Shown one piece after another: positions 12,959-24,537 of a stretch of DNA of 64,000 bases (position 1 is its first letter; the number at the start of each line of letters is the position of its first letter). The notes below the pieces were generated by a model. It saw only the letters and a program-made list of their open reading frames with translations, was not told the DNA's origin and searched no databases. Made by a program: the position numbers and the translations under genes. The DNA lies in contig OZ231126.1 of the NCBI GenBank assembly GCA_965153355.1, forward strand, positions 1,550,001 through 1,614,000, written 5' to 3'. The DNA is from Flaccisagitta enflata. Its lineage: Eukaryota.

Positions 12959-15100
12959 TAGCACGGGGGTTCATGGCAAAAAATGATCAGAGCCTTTATG
13001 TTCAGGAGATGTGCGCACCTTTTCATGGTATAATGCACCAAAAAAAATTTGGAGGTCGTCCGATGTCGGGAAGTTGGCGCCGCCACCCCCCCCCCCCTGA
13101 GTAAAGTGGTGGTGGTGGAACAAGACTTGTTGTTCAAGGTCATTTTGACCTCAAAATTGGGCAACTTTGCCTCAGAAAAATGAAAATAAATCCATGAGAT
13201 TATAAAACTAGAGCTCAAGAGCTAACCAGTGGTGCAATCTGCATATTTCTATCGTAACCAGTCAAACCAGCCTACCACCCAACCAGCCTACCAGCCTAAA
13301 AGTTTAAAATGTGTATAACTTTGGCATTTTTCAACCAATTTGGTTGAAAATTGGTATGTGGTCTGTGACTGGAAGGACTCAACATATAAATTCGATTTAT
13401 AAAGATTTTAGCATGCTAACCGGCCAAACCGGACTACCACCCAACCAGCCTACCAGCCTAAAAGTGAAAAACGTGCATAACTTTAGCATTTTTCAATTGA
13501 TTTGGTTGAAACTTGATATGTAGTCTCTGAATGCAAAGACCCAACATACAAGTTTGATTCATAAAGATTTTAGCATGCTAACCGGACAAACCGGACTACC
13601 ACCCAACCAGCCTACGAGCTTAAAAGTGAAAAATGTGCATAACTTTGTCATTTTTCAATTGATTTTATTGAAATTTCATATAAAGTCTTAAAATGGAAGG
13701 ACTCAACATATGTATTTGATTTGTTAAGATTTTAGCATGCTAACCGACCCAACCGGCCTACCACCTAACCAGCCTACCAGCCTAAAAGTGAAAAGCCTGC
13801 ATAAGTCTGGCATTTTTCAACCAATTTGGTTGAAACTTGGTATGTAGTCTCTAGATGGAAGGACTCAACATATGAATTTGATTTATAAAGATTTTAGCAT
13901 GCTAACTGGCCTACCACACAACCAACCTACCACCTTTAAAGTGATAAATGTGCATAACTTGAACAACTTTCAATCAATTTGGTTAAAACTTGGTATGCAG
14001 ACTCATAATGAAATGACTGGATGTATATATGTGACCAAAGCAGCTTACCTCTCAACCACTCCTTAGACAACGCCATTTTACAACGCCATTTGAAAATGCC
14101 AAATTGATTGAAAATTGTTCAAGTTATGCACATTTATGACTTTGAAGGTGGTAGGTTGGTTGGGTGGTAGGCTGGTTAGCATGCTAAAATCTTTTTAAAT
14201 AAAATTCTTATGTTCAGTCCTTCTATCTAGAGACTACGTACCAAGTTTCAGCCGATTCAATTAAAAATTGACAAAGAATTTCACGTTTTTCACTTTTAGG
14301 CTAGTAGGCTGGTTGGGTGGTCATACCGTTTGGCCAGTTAGCATGCTAAAATCTTTATAAATCAAATTCATATGTTGAGTCCTTCCATTCAGAGACAACA
14401 TACCAAGTTTCAACCAAATCAATTGAAAAATGCCAAAGTTATGCACGTTTTTCACTTTAAGCTGGTAGGCTAGTTGGGTGGTTGACCGGTTTGGCCGGTT
14501 AGCATGCTAAAATCTCTATAAATTGAATTCATAGGTTGAGTCCTTTCATTCAGAGACCACATACCAAGTTTCAACCAAATTGGTTGAAAAATGCCAAAGT
14601 TATGCATGTTTTTAGTAACGGTCACGCAACTCTATAAGAGGCTTTGTCCGTCGGTCCGTCGGTCCGTCCGTCCCTAAGCATGAGTTGAAAAGTAGGAATC
14701 TCGCATTCCGCCCCTGCCCACCCGTCCGCAACTGGTGGCCGTGTATCCGGCCTTCTTCACTTTTAGGCTGGTAGGCCAGTTGGGTGGTAGGCTGGTTTGG
14801 CCAGTTATGATAGAAAAAAGCAGATTTTACCACTGGTTAGCTCTTGACCTCTAGTTTTATAATCTCATGGATTTTTTGTCATTTCTCTAAGGCAAAAAGG
14901 CCCAATTATGAGGTCAAAATCAAATTAAACAACAAGATTTGTACCATCATCACCACTTTACTTAGGGGGGGGGTGGCGGCGCCATCTTCCCAACATCGGA
15001 CGACCTCCAAATTTTTTTTGGTGCATTATACCATGAAATGGTGCGCACATCTCCTGAACATAAAGGCTCTGACCATTTTTTGCCATGAACCCCCGTGCTA
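12959..15100. mobile_element. Non-autonomous foldback element, hAT-like, in the XK intron
   Basis: Ends tagcacgggggttcatggc / gccatgaacccccgtgcta; flanks atcagtaa / accagtaa (8-bp TSD, 1 mismatch); ~1-kb arms made of ~180-bp tandem units in opposite orientation. Confidence 0.88.
14612..14755 (+). mobile_element. Family B element inserted in the right arm of the foldback element
   Basis: ttttagtaacggtcacgcaactctataagaggctttgtccgtcggtccgtc...ggccgtgtatccggcctt, absent from the mirrored arm. Confidence 0.8.
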
Positions 15101-16194
15101 ACCAGTAATGGCGGCTGTCGCCGTGAGGAAAAAAGTTGTAAGCATTGGTCACTTTTCACCAAGCTTTTGTTTTCAGTCACTGCAAATATTTCTACTTGTT
15201 AGATCAAACCAAAAGCACTTGCATGTATTGGTTGCACTGTTAATCAGAGAAATGTAGGTTTGAGCCAAATGAGCTAGATGAGCTAAAATGCTCAAAATCA
15301 CTCAACCACACAACCAGCTATGCTTATTGACATGCTTTTTTATATTTGCATTTATGTATTTATCCCATTAAAGATCAGAAAAGAATACTGAGCTAAATGA
15401 GCTAAGTGAGCTAGAATACATTAAAACACCCTCACAAATGAGTAACTGAGCTCACTGACATGCTTTTTTGTATCTGCTTTCTTACACATGTATCAAAATA
15501 TTCATTTATTTATTGCATTTGAAATCAGAAAAAAACACAGAGCAAAATGAGCTAAATGAGCTAAATGAGCTAAATGAGCTAGACTGCTAAAAATCACCCT
15601 CATAGATGAGCAGCTATGCTCATAAACTTGTTTTCTTGTATTTGCATGCTCAAACAAACATAAATACTCTCTTTTAATGATCCTACTTAAAATCATAAAA
15701 AATAAAAAAAATTCAATTTGCATTTTTCGTAAATAAATCTTTAAAAAATCATAGCGCGAAAGATATTTGTCGTAGACCATTCTGCTTGGCGCTAAAGGAA
15801 AGAGAATTATCAAATTTACTTACCCTATAAATTTCATTGGAGGCCCCAATCGGTTGGTGGAGATCCCCAACTTCCTTCTAAGAAAACGAAAACCCTGTTT
15901 CTCTCGAATATGTCAAAAAGTCGAAGACTGACTTCGACTTTTCCCCCGATTACCTCAAATGACAAATATCGCGATATCTGAGGAATCTAGAATGTAGAAT
16001 GTAGAATCTAGATTCTTTCAGGATTTCTGACGGATCGTTAGCGACGATACTGTTAAGAGGGCACTGTCAACAACTGGAAAAAAATGTAAACTCAACAGTC
16101 ATCGCTGTCACGATTGTCGTTATTGACATTGTCATCATAATCATCGTCATTCCTGTCGTTGTCATCATTATTGTCATTTTCAAATTTTGTCATT

Positions 16195-16480
16195 ATGAAA
16201 GTTGGACAACGTAACTACTCTAACCCAAACTAGCTTAAGGATGAGAGCCTTTTGAGCTCTCAATGGTGTTTAATCCGGACCCATCACAACTGTCCTTAAT
16301 GATTTCAAGAACATACCTTGAAGCACTCCATAAAACTTTCTGGCCGAAAGTCCCATCAGTAAGAAAATTCCATGATTTTCCGGTATTTGTGTAATGTGCT
16401 GGTGACAAGAAAGAGTACCAGATGAGTGTGCTGAATCGCAAGCTTTTATCTCTCACACCTATCAGATCATCCGATTGTAA
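16195..16480 (+). repeat. Dispersed repeat, second copy inverted at about 37140-37441
   Basis: tatgaaagttggac..cttaaggatgagagcc..ccggacccatcacaact and ccagatgagtgtgctgaa match the reverse complement of the 37140-37441 region. Confidence 0.75.
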
Positions 16481-16621
16481 AAATTCTATCGTCATGAATG
16501 TTGCAATAAAAGTGACTCTTGGTAAAAGCATCAACAGCATCTGTATCTGTTTTAGTTTTGATGGAAGTGATGTTGCAGGTCACCAATATAACAGATCTTC
16601 GTGCGTTTTTTTGTTTTTCAG

Positions 16622-17969
16622 ATTGAAAGTGGTCATTTCCTTGTTGAAAATGTGTGAGGTGGCGTTGGAATCGGTTCCTCAGCTGGCGACACAGTGGGTA
16701 GCTGTTTGGATCAAGCAGATGATCCGTCTTGGACCAGGTGGATCCCGTGGAGGTGAATTCAGCATGAGCGTTCTCCAATGTCTGTCCGTATCCACGTCCA
16801 CACTCACGATCGCTTTCTCAATCGTGAGTTACATCGGTCAAAATCGGCGCAAGCAATGGATTCGTCTTGGATACCCACCAGCGGCTTCACTTCTGCCATT
16901 GGCTTGCCTCACACTGGTCGCCGTTCTCTCCGGAACTATTTCATTTAGATTGCTAGTGCTATTTGATAGCCCTAACATGCAGCTATATGCAGTTGCACTT
17001 ATAGTCGCTGTCTCTCTAAATACAGTTTCAATGTTTTTTACCCTCTTCGCTCTTCTCATGCCTTGCCATTGCGCATGTTGTGCTGGCCGATGTTGTAAAG
17101 TCATTCGCACTTTAGCTCATCTTTGCCTTAGTGGTATCTTACCAATAGTCATTATTTACGTACTCGCAGCTCATTATGCGGATCTGGTCAAAGAAATTCA
17201 AAAGCAAAACATAAATCACCTGTTTGTATTCATTATGATCTGCCTCATTATCCATTTTCTACTTGGAATCATTGTATTCTCGGGCCTCAACTACGCCAAA
17301 TTGTTCTCCCCAATCATTTCTGCGTTTGTTTCACTCGTGAGAAAAGTAGTCAACTGCCGTTGCGGCAATTTTATTTGTTGCCCTATTGAGTGGCAAATCG
17401 CCATTGATGAGATGCTCGATGATGTAGTGAAGGTCGAGGGTGAAAACCAGGTGGGAGGAGTTGAGGAGGCGGAGGAGCAGGATTTAGGGGCAGAGGAGCA
17501 GAGGGTGAAGCTTGTGAAGCTCAATGATGTAGTGAAAGTCGAGTGTGAAAACCAGGTGGGAGGAGTTGAGGAGGCGGAGGAGCAGGATTTAGGGGCAGAG
17601 GAGCAGAGGGTGGAGCTTGTGAAGCTCAATGATGTAGTGAAGGTCGAGGGTGAAAACCAGGTGGGAGGAGTTGAGGAGGCGGAGGAGCAGAATTTAGGGG
17701 CAGAGGAGCAGAGGTTGGAGTCTTTGATGCTCGATGATGTAGTGAGCGTTGAAGTAGAAAACCAGAAGGGAGGAGTTGCGGAGGAGCTGGAGCAGGAATT
17801 GGGGGATGAGGAGCAGAAGTTGGAGTCGTTGATGCTTGATGATGTAGTGAGCGTTGAAGTAGAAAACCAGAAGGGAGGAGTTGAGCAGGAGCAGGAGCAG
17901 GAGTTGGGGGCAGAGGAGCAGAGGGTGGAGCTTTTGAAGCTTAATGATGTAATGAAGGTCGAGGGTTGA
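16622..17969 (+). CDS. XK-related protein, coding exon 2 (TM domain plus acidic repeat tail)
   Basis: Acceptor ttttttgtttttcag at 16621 (phase 2; AG+A = Arg); LLKMCEVALESVPQLATQ is the XK signature E..LES.PQL.LQ; several TM segments; 35-aa repeats from about 17418. Confidence 0.88.
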
Positions 17970-18790
17970 TGGGAGGTGTTTTGGAGGGCCAGGAGCAGGA
18001 ATTTGGGGATGAGGAGCAGAGGGTGGAATTTGTGATGCTTGATGATGTAGCGAAAGTTGAAGGAGAAATCCAGAAGGGAGGAGTTGCAGAGGAGCAGGAG
18101 CAGGATTTGGGGGCAGAGGAGCAGAGGGTGGAGCTTGTGATGCTTGATGATGTAGTGAAGGTCAAGGGTGGAAACCAGATGGGAGGTGTTTTGGAGGAGC
18201 AGGAGCAGGAATTTGGGGATGAGGAGCAGAGGGTGGAATTTGTGATGCTCGATAATGTAGTGAATGTTGAAGGAGAAATCCAGAGGGGAGGAAGAACCAG
18301 AAGGGAGGAGTTGAGCAGGAGCAGGAGCAGGAGCTGGGGGCAGAGGAGCAGAGGGTTGAGCAAGTGAAGCTCAACGATGTAATGAAGGTCGAGGGTAGAA
18401 ACCAGATGGGAGGTGTTTTGGAGGAGCAGGAGCAGGAATTTGGGGATGAGGAGCAGAGGGTGGAATTTGTGATGCTCGATGATGTATTGAAAGTTAGAGG
18501 AGAAATCCAGAAGGGAGGAGTTGCGGGGGAGCAGGAGCAGGATTTGGGGGCAGAGAAGCAGAGGGTAGAGCTTGTGAAGCTCAATGATGTAGTGAAAGTT
18601 GATGTAGAAAACCAGAAGGGAGGAGTTGAGCAGGAGCAGGAGCAGGAGCTGTTGGCAGAGGAGCAGATGGTGGAGCTTGTGGTGCTCAATGATGTAATGA
18701 AGGTCGAGGGTAGAAACAAGATGGGAGGTGCTTTGGAGGAGCAGGAGCAGGAATTTGTGGATGGGGAGCAGAGGTCTGTGATGCAATCTC
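17418..18790 (+). repeat. Coding minisatellite, 105-bp (35-aa) unit, about 13 copies
   Basis: Unit DDVVKVEGENQVGGVEEAEEQDLGAEEQRVELVKL; starts at about 17418, 17523, 17628, 17733, 17838, 17943, 18041, 18146, 18251, 18373, 18478, 18583 and 18688. Confidence 0.95.
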
Positions 18791-18986
18791 TGGAAACATC
18801 GGAAAGGCACATCGTTTAAAAAATGTTTATTTACATTACCATGTTTGTTGCATTTTTCTATCATAAATTCTTTAGCTAAGGATACAGAATACACATATTC
18901 ACAATTATTGAGACTAGATGCGATCAAACATAGATAACGCAAATGGCATAACTGCAAAAAGGGCCTGCTTAGATTGCTGTTATGTT

Positions 18987-19136
18987 TTTAGTCGCGGACA
19001 AGCCACTCTGCACCTTGCCGTGTCGGTCGGTCCGTCCGTCGGTCCCTCCGTAACATTTTTGAATCGCGAGTGGTTTTTGCATATCCGCTCCTGCCCAACC
19101 GTCCGCGACTGTCCTGCCGTGTATCCAGCCTTGTTT
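18987..19136 (+). mobile_element. Family B element
   Basis: tttagtcgcggac..gtcggtcggtccgtcc..gtccgcgact..gccgtgtatccagccttgttt. A similar copy lies at about 12575-12765. Confidence 0.75.
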
Positions 19137-19295
19137 CGAGTTTCTCAAACTTTTTGTAAATTTCACGATTAGCCTTAATTTCGATTCTGACTTGGCGCTC
19201 ACAGCGATCAGCGATGTTTATGAGCAAAATGGTGTTGTTTACTGACGTATATAACTATACTATATACAATATATTTTTCATCATATACTATATGG

Positions 19296-19944
19296 TAACG
19301 GGTGGTCAAAAAAAAAGTGACTTTTTCATTTTCTCATATCTTTTGTAAAAAAATGTTTAGGATAAAATTTCTTTTTTTGCCAATAAGATATAGTGCAGGA
19401 GAATTTTTTCCATTATTATGATTTTTTCACATTTTGTGTACATGTCAAATTATTTATAAAAAACTGATTTTAATTTTGGACCACCTTGATTTTTACCAAA
19501 AATTTTCTGCTAAAAAATTGAAATCTTTTTATAGATTCACTATCTATAGTTAAAGACGACTCAAAAACTAATAAAAAACCGGAGAAAAATTATAACAATA
19601 CAAACATATACAAAAAAAAAAGATACTTCTAAAAAACATCAATTTCTTTTCTACTCAAATCTTTTAAACCAAAGCTTGGAGGCTTATAAATAATTGTATT
19701 TATTTCAAACGGGACCTAATAAACATGATTGTTTCTTAAAAACCATTGATTATCTATGTTATAACTGATTTATGCAAACATTTTATTTTTTTGTATTTAT
19801 ATACTTATTTCTTTTACAAAACCGAAAAAAATTAAATTTTTCTTACATTTTATTTCATTTTCAAAATACTAAGTCTTAAAAAAATTTTCAAACTTATTTG
19901 AAAAAATTCTAGCTTAGTCACTTTTTTTTTTTGACCACCCGTTA
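19296..19944. mobile_element. AT-rich MITE with ~27-bp TIRs
   Basis: taacgggtggtcaaaaaaaaagtgact ... agtcactttttttttttgaccacccgtta; TA at both ends is compatible with Tc1/mariner. Confidence 0.75.
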
Positions 19945-20984
19945 ATATCCATGGCCAAAAAAAATCGTGCATTGCTTATTTCTACCATGACCTGATGCTG
20001 CTTTTGAGAAAGTACATAAAATCTATGACTATTCTTAAGAGCTTCAAGAAATCTTCAATTTGAGTTGTTGAACGAAATTTTTTTACAGACTTGAATTCAT
20101 GGACTACTACTTAGGCCATAAAAAACGCAATTTTCCTAATTAGACTTGAATTTTTGATAATTTAGCTCTTCAAATCTTTGGAGGAGAGCATGAATGTTTA
20201 GGACTAGTATCCATTTTGACCCTCTGAGCTGAAGCAGGTGCCCGAGCCGTATTTGAGCAAGGATTAAACAGGTTTTGCCCACATGTTCACTCAAAGCGGG
20301 ATCCCAAATTGAAGTGTTTTAGTCAACAACTTTTAAGGTTTCTACTTTATCCTAGAGTTAGTTAATGATACCAGGACCTTAACTCTTTTACTGGTTTACC
20401 TTTTGTTACTACTAGGGGCAATAATGGAGAGGAAAAATGGCACTGGTGACAGAGTTTGTTTTGCAGAAACCAATTTGAAGTTAGCTTAACTAAAAATGGG
20501 CAAGTTTTGTGTGAGTTTCAGAATGGAACTTTTTCAAAGATTGGTTAATATCCCTGAAACGGCTCATCATAGCTTTTTGGGACCAAGTTTTTTGAACTCC
20601 TCACTCAAAAACACTTTGAAAACACTCAAGAGAGCAGCACTCTTTGACCAGTATTGTACCCTTATCCTTTTGCGTGTAGATTGCGTTTTTTATGGCCCAA
20701 GTAGTAAAAGTCTTTATTTGATTAACATTTCTAAACGGATTGACTTAAAAAGATCTCATTTTCTTTTAAATTTTTCTTAGTTTCCTTTTGTCAGAAAAGT
20801 TTTTTATGCTTTAAAAGACAAAACTAAAAGTAAAGAGTCCCTTCAATTGACAGATTATGGTGATGCTAACTTCAAACTGTTGCCATTTCTAAACGAATTG
20901 AGCTATAACTTTCTTCTATGTCTAGATTTGAAGAATTTTTGAAGATCTTTCAAACGGTCACTGATTTTTTGTACTTTCATTTAG

Positions 20985-22221
20985 CACTGTGCTTTCAAAA
21001 CAATTCTGAGTGAAAAGTCATATAACTGTGGGTTTTTCTGCATTTTTGAGCAGTATTGGGGTGTTAGAGCATGTGACTAGCAAAGACAAAATCATTTCCT
21101 GAGCGTTTTTTGAGTAATCTTCAAAATCAGAAAAAGATAGACCTGATTTCAATGCAGATTCTTTTGGGATGTGTTGACAAAAATTATGAATACATATTAT
21201 CAATCTATGCAAAATTCCCTTTCATTTGATAGCACTAGTGCCCCCAGGGTGGAAAAAAGTTCAAGTTGAGTGACCATTGCCCCCAATTGGTTTTTTAGGC
21301 TCTATTCAATGTGGGGAAGTGTTTTCTAGCCAAATTCAAATCATCCTTGGGGCGCTTTTTGAAAAAAGTGAAAAATTCAAGATTTTTTGCATAATTTTTA
21401 ATAAAGAAATTTGCAGGTTGGTTCAACTTATTTTCTGATAGGATATTGTTATTCCTGATGAAATTCGATTTAATTTGATAGGTCGCACCATAGCCTTTTG
21501 AAAAGAAATAAAAGTTTCATTTCTTATGCTACCGTTACAAAAATCATAACGGTGGCCTAAAATTTGAAAATTATATTTCTTTTTAGAACCCTATAGTGCG
21601 ACCTATCAAAAAAAGGGAATTTTGCCAGGATTAACAATATGCCGTCAAAAAATAAGGCAGACTAATCTGTAAAATTTTGTATGCAAGATCAAACTAAAAA
21701 TCTTGAATTTTCTATTTTATTTAAAAAGCGCCCCAAGGATGATTTGATTTTGGCTAGAAAACACATCCCCACATTGAGTAGAGCCTACAAAACCAGGTGG
21801 GGGCAATGGTCACTAAACTTGAACTTTTTTCCACCCTGGGGGGCACTAGTGATAGGTCGCACTCAATATTTTTGCAAAGAATCAAGATTTGTATTTTTTA
21901 AGTCACCATTACAAAAAAGTAACGGTGGCTCAAAATATGAAAACCTAATTTCTTTATAAAACCATATAGTGTGACCTATCTAATGAAAGGAAATTTTGTA
22001 TAGAATAACAAAATGGGATCGAAAAATGAGTCAATCTAACTCATTAGAATCTGCATCAAAGATAGGTTGAATTTTTTTCTATTTTGAAGATTATTCAAAA
22101 AGCGCTCGGGGAATGATTTTGTTTTTGCTATTTACATGCTCATCCTCCCCAATACTGCTCAAAAATGCAGAAAAACCCACAGTTATATGACTTTCCAATG
22201 AGAATTTTTTAAAAGCACATG
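20985..22221. mobile_element. Older CAC-ended palindromic MITE (host of a nested insertion)
   Basis: cactgtgcttt..agtcatataactgtgggtttttctgcatttttgagcagtattgggg is mirrored at about 22147-22221. Confidence 0.75.
21233..21851. mobile_element. CAC...GTG MITE with 4-bp TSD (ATAG), Chapaev/CMC-like
   Basis: cactagtgcccccagggtggaaaaaagttcaag and its reverse complement ending 21851; atag at 21229-32 and 21852-55; removing it restores the tttgataggtcgcac motif. Confidence 0.85.
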
Positions 22222-22336
22222 AGTTAAGCCGGTCAAAGGCATTAAAAATCGCCATGTACGTTTTCTTTTTTTGGCCAAGGCTTTAAATGTTATCGAAATA
22301 GATTGAGATTGAATGGATGGAAAAAACGTTCTATTT

Positions 22337-22493
22337 TTTTCATCCAAATGCTAACACAGTTCCCCGCTCAAATACGGATTCTCTGTCCCTTCAACCTGTT
22401 ATTATTTGCTATATTGGCCAGAATAGAATTCCGCCTATAACAGCTAAAATTTATTGATCCCCTGAAATCCGTTAGAGCGGGATATAACTGTAC
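22337..22493. mobile_element. Small CAG-ended MITE (Tc1/pogo-like)
   Basis: cagttccccgctc (about 22357)...gagcgggatataactgta; a relative lies at about 53441-53620. Confidence 0.5.
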
Positions 22494-22814
22494 ACCATTA
22501 TATATAATGGAATTGATCAATGCATGCTTACATCTGTCATTTCCGACTAATACCATGCCTTCCATAATCACAAATGTGATTGAATACTTTTCATTAATTG
22601 ATTGATGCCAATAATGATGAATATCATCATGATTTGCTTTCTAAATTTTACTCAGTTTTGCCCTTCTCATGACGTTTTGGATCCAGCTTTGCGCGTTGGG
22701 GCAGTTCTAACTAAGTTACGGTGTAATCAAGGTACAGTAGATGTCGTCTAGACTTGGAAATACGGGGGAGCTCATAACCTCAGCATCAGTACAGTGAGGG
22801 GACTGATATTTTGC

Positions 22815-23163
22815 TAGTGTAATGTATAGACCCTAAGGGGTTGACGATGGGGTATGGCATCCCCCTACGGCTTATCTTACAAAAAAAAACTTTTAGTATG
22901 AAATGTTAGGATCAATCACTTTTATGGCAGAATTTCAGCTTCATCTATTTGCTTTAATTGCAGAACCAGCCTAGGATTCGAACCTGGAACTTTTAAAGAA
23001 ATAGATTGATCAAGAGAGATTTGAAGTCAAGCAAGTTACCCACTAGACCAATTCTGGCAGCTGTTGGAGATAAACAAATTTGTTTTAGTATATTCAAAAG
23101 AATTTTCTATCCACAGAGCTGCCATACCCCATCTTCAACCCTATAGGACATAAGCATTATACA
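22815..23163. mobile_element. Short TIR element containing a tRNA-derived sequence
   Basis: gggttgacgatggggtatggca (about 22838-22859) is inverted as tgccataccccatcttcaaccc (about 23120-23141), with degenerate outward extension. Confidence 0.65.
22962..23058 (-). pseudogene. tRNA-Arg-like pseudogene or SINE-head sequence with a ~24-nt insertion
   Basis: Minus strand GCCAGAATTGGTCTAGTGGGTAAC..TTGACTTCAAATC[insert]AAAAGTTCCAGGTTCGAATCCTAGGCTGGTTC; A box TGGTCTAGTGG, B box GGTTCGAATCC; the 3' half resembles metazoan tRNA-Arg. Confidence 0.6.
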
Positions 23164-23544
23164 GACACAGTTTCATTTCATTGGCGCAAATGGTAGTTAG
23201 GATATGAGGGCCCCCGTATTTCCAAGTCTAGACGACATCTACTGTATATTTCAGTTGCGAACACACATCTCCATAGGAGGCTTTGTTCGTCCGTCCATCC
23301 GTTTATTTTTCCGTTGGTCCGTAGGTCTGTTGGTCCTTCCATGATGATCGAGTCGACAAGTGTGAAAACGCGCATTTGAGATACTGCGGTTTGAGCTACT
23401 GTTTGTGTGTGAAGTAGGGGAGGGTGTGAATGGGGGTTGTGCGCCCCTGCCCATCCATCCGCAACAATATTGTGACGCCGTGTCACTTGTTTTGTATTGA
23501 TATGCTTCCATAAACAGGGAGTGAATTGAAAGCAATGAGTAATG

Positions 23545-24162
23545 CACTACTGTCTCACATAAGGTTTGAGACAAGAATGATATTACTATGCGGTTTTTTG
23601 CATTTTTGCAGAGTTCATGAGTATAGAAACCGAGAACCATCAAGTAGAAAATCTTTCTTGAGGCGCTTTTTGGAAAAAAAATGAAAAATTCAAGATTTTA
23701 AGCATTATTTTACAAAGAAAATTTTTTAGGTTGATTTAGCCTATTTTGTGACAGCATAATGTTAATCCTGATAAAATTCCAATTCATTTGATAGGTCGCA
23801 CTGTATGGTTTTCATAAGAAATGAAAAATTCATATTTTACGCCACCGTTGTAATTTTGTAACGGTGGCTTTGAAAATGAAAATTTTATTTTTTGTGAAAA
23901 CTATATAGTGCGACCTATCAAATGAAAGGGAATTTCATCAGGATTATCATTATGCTGTCAATAGATAGGTCAAACCAACCTGAAAAATATTCTATGCAAA
24001 ATGAAGCTAAAAATGTTGAATTTTTTATTTTTTTCAAAAAGCGCCTTGGGAAAGATTTTCTACTTGATAGTCCTTGGTTTGTATACTCATTAACTCTACA
24101 AAAATGCAAAAAACCGCATAGTAATATCATTCTTGTCCCAAACCTTATGTGAGACAGCAGTG
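23545..24162. mobile_element. CAC...GTG palindromic MITE with 4-bp TSD (AATG), Chapaev/CMC-like
   Basis: cactactgtctcacataaggtttg / caaaccttatgtgagacagcagtg; aatg at 23541-44 and 24163-66; interior shares gataggtcgcac motifs with 21233-21851. Confidence 0.88.
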
Positions 24163-24245
24163 AATGGGGGTAGGATTAAATTTACGTTACGGACAAATGG
24201 GCACACTATCCCCCTTCCCTCATTTACACATGCTAACACCTTTTC

Positions 24246-24340
<95 letters not shown>

Positions 24341-24537
24341 CTTTCTTCGACTACATACGCGTACTTCTTTCTAGCCTCTCTTCCGCTGTTAACGTCTTCT
24401 CCAAAAGGATTGTTTTAATCAATAATTCATTTCTTTTTTTTTTTTTTTTTTTTCTTTTTGCCTCTTTAACTTTTGCATTAAATTCTTTTTTTGCCCTTCC
24501 GGAGAAAATGCAAAGTATGATGGAAGTTTCATGAGTT

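Noticed and set aside
16422..16621. N-terminal part of the 515-aa ORF
   Set aside because: It lies upstream of the splice acceptor at 16621 and overlaps a dispersed repeat, so it is intronic.
17941..18957. 338-aa and 216-aa minus-strand ORFs
   Set aside because: Antisense shadows of the coding minisatellite.
22962..23058. Functional selenocysteine or opal-suppressor tRNA
   Set aside because: The stems are imperfect, the body is Arg-like rather than Sec-like, and it is embedded in a repeat.
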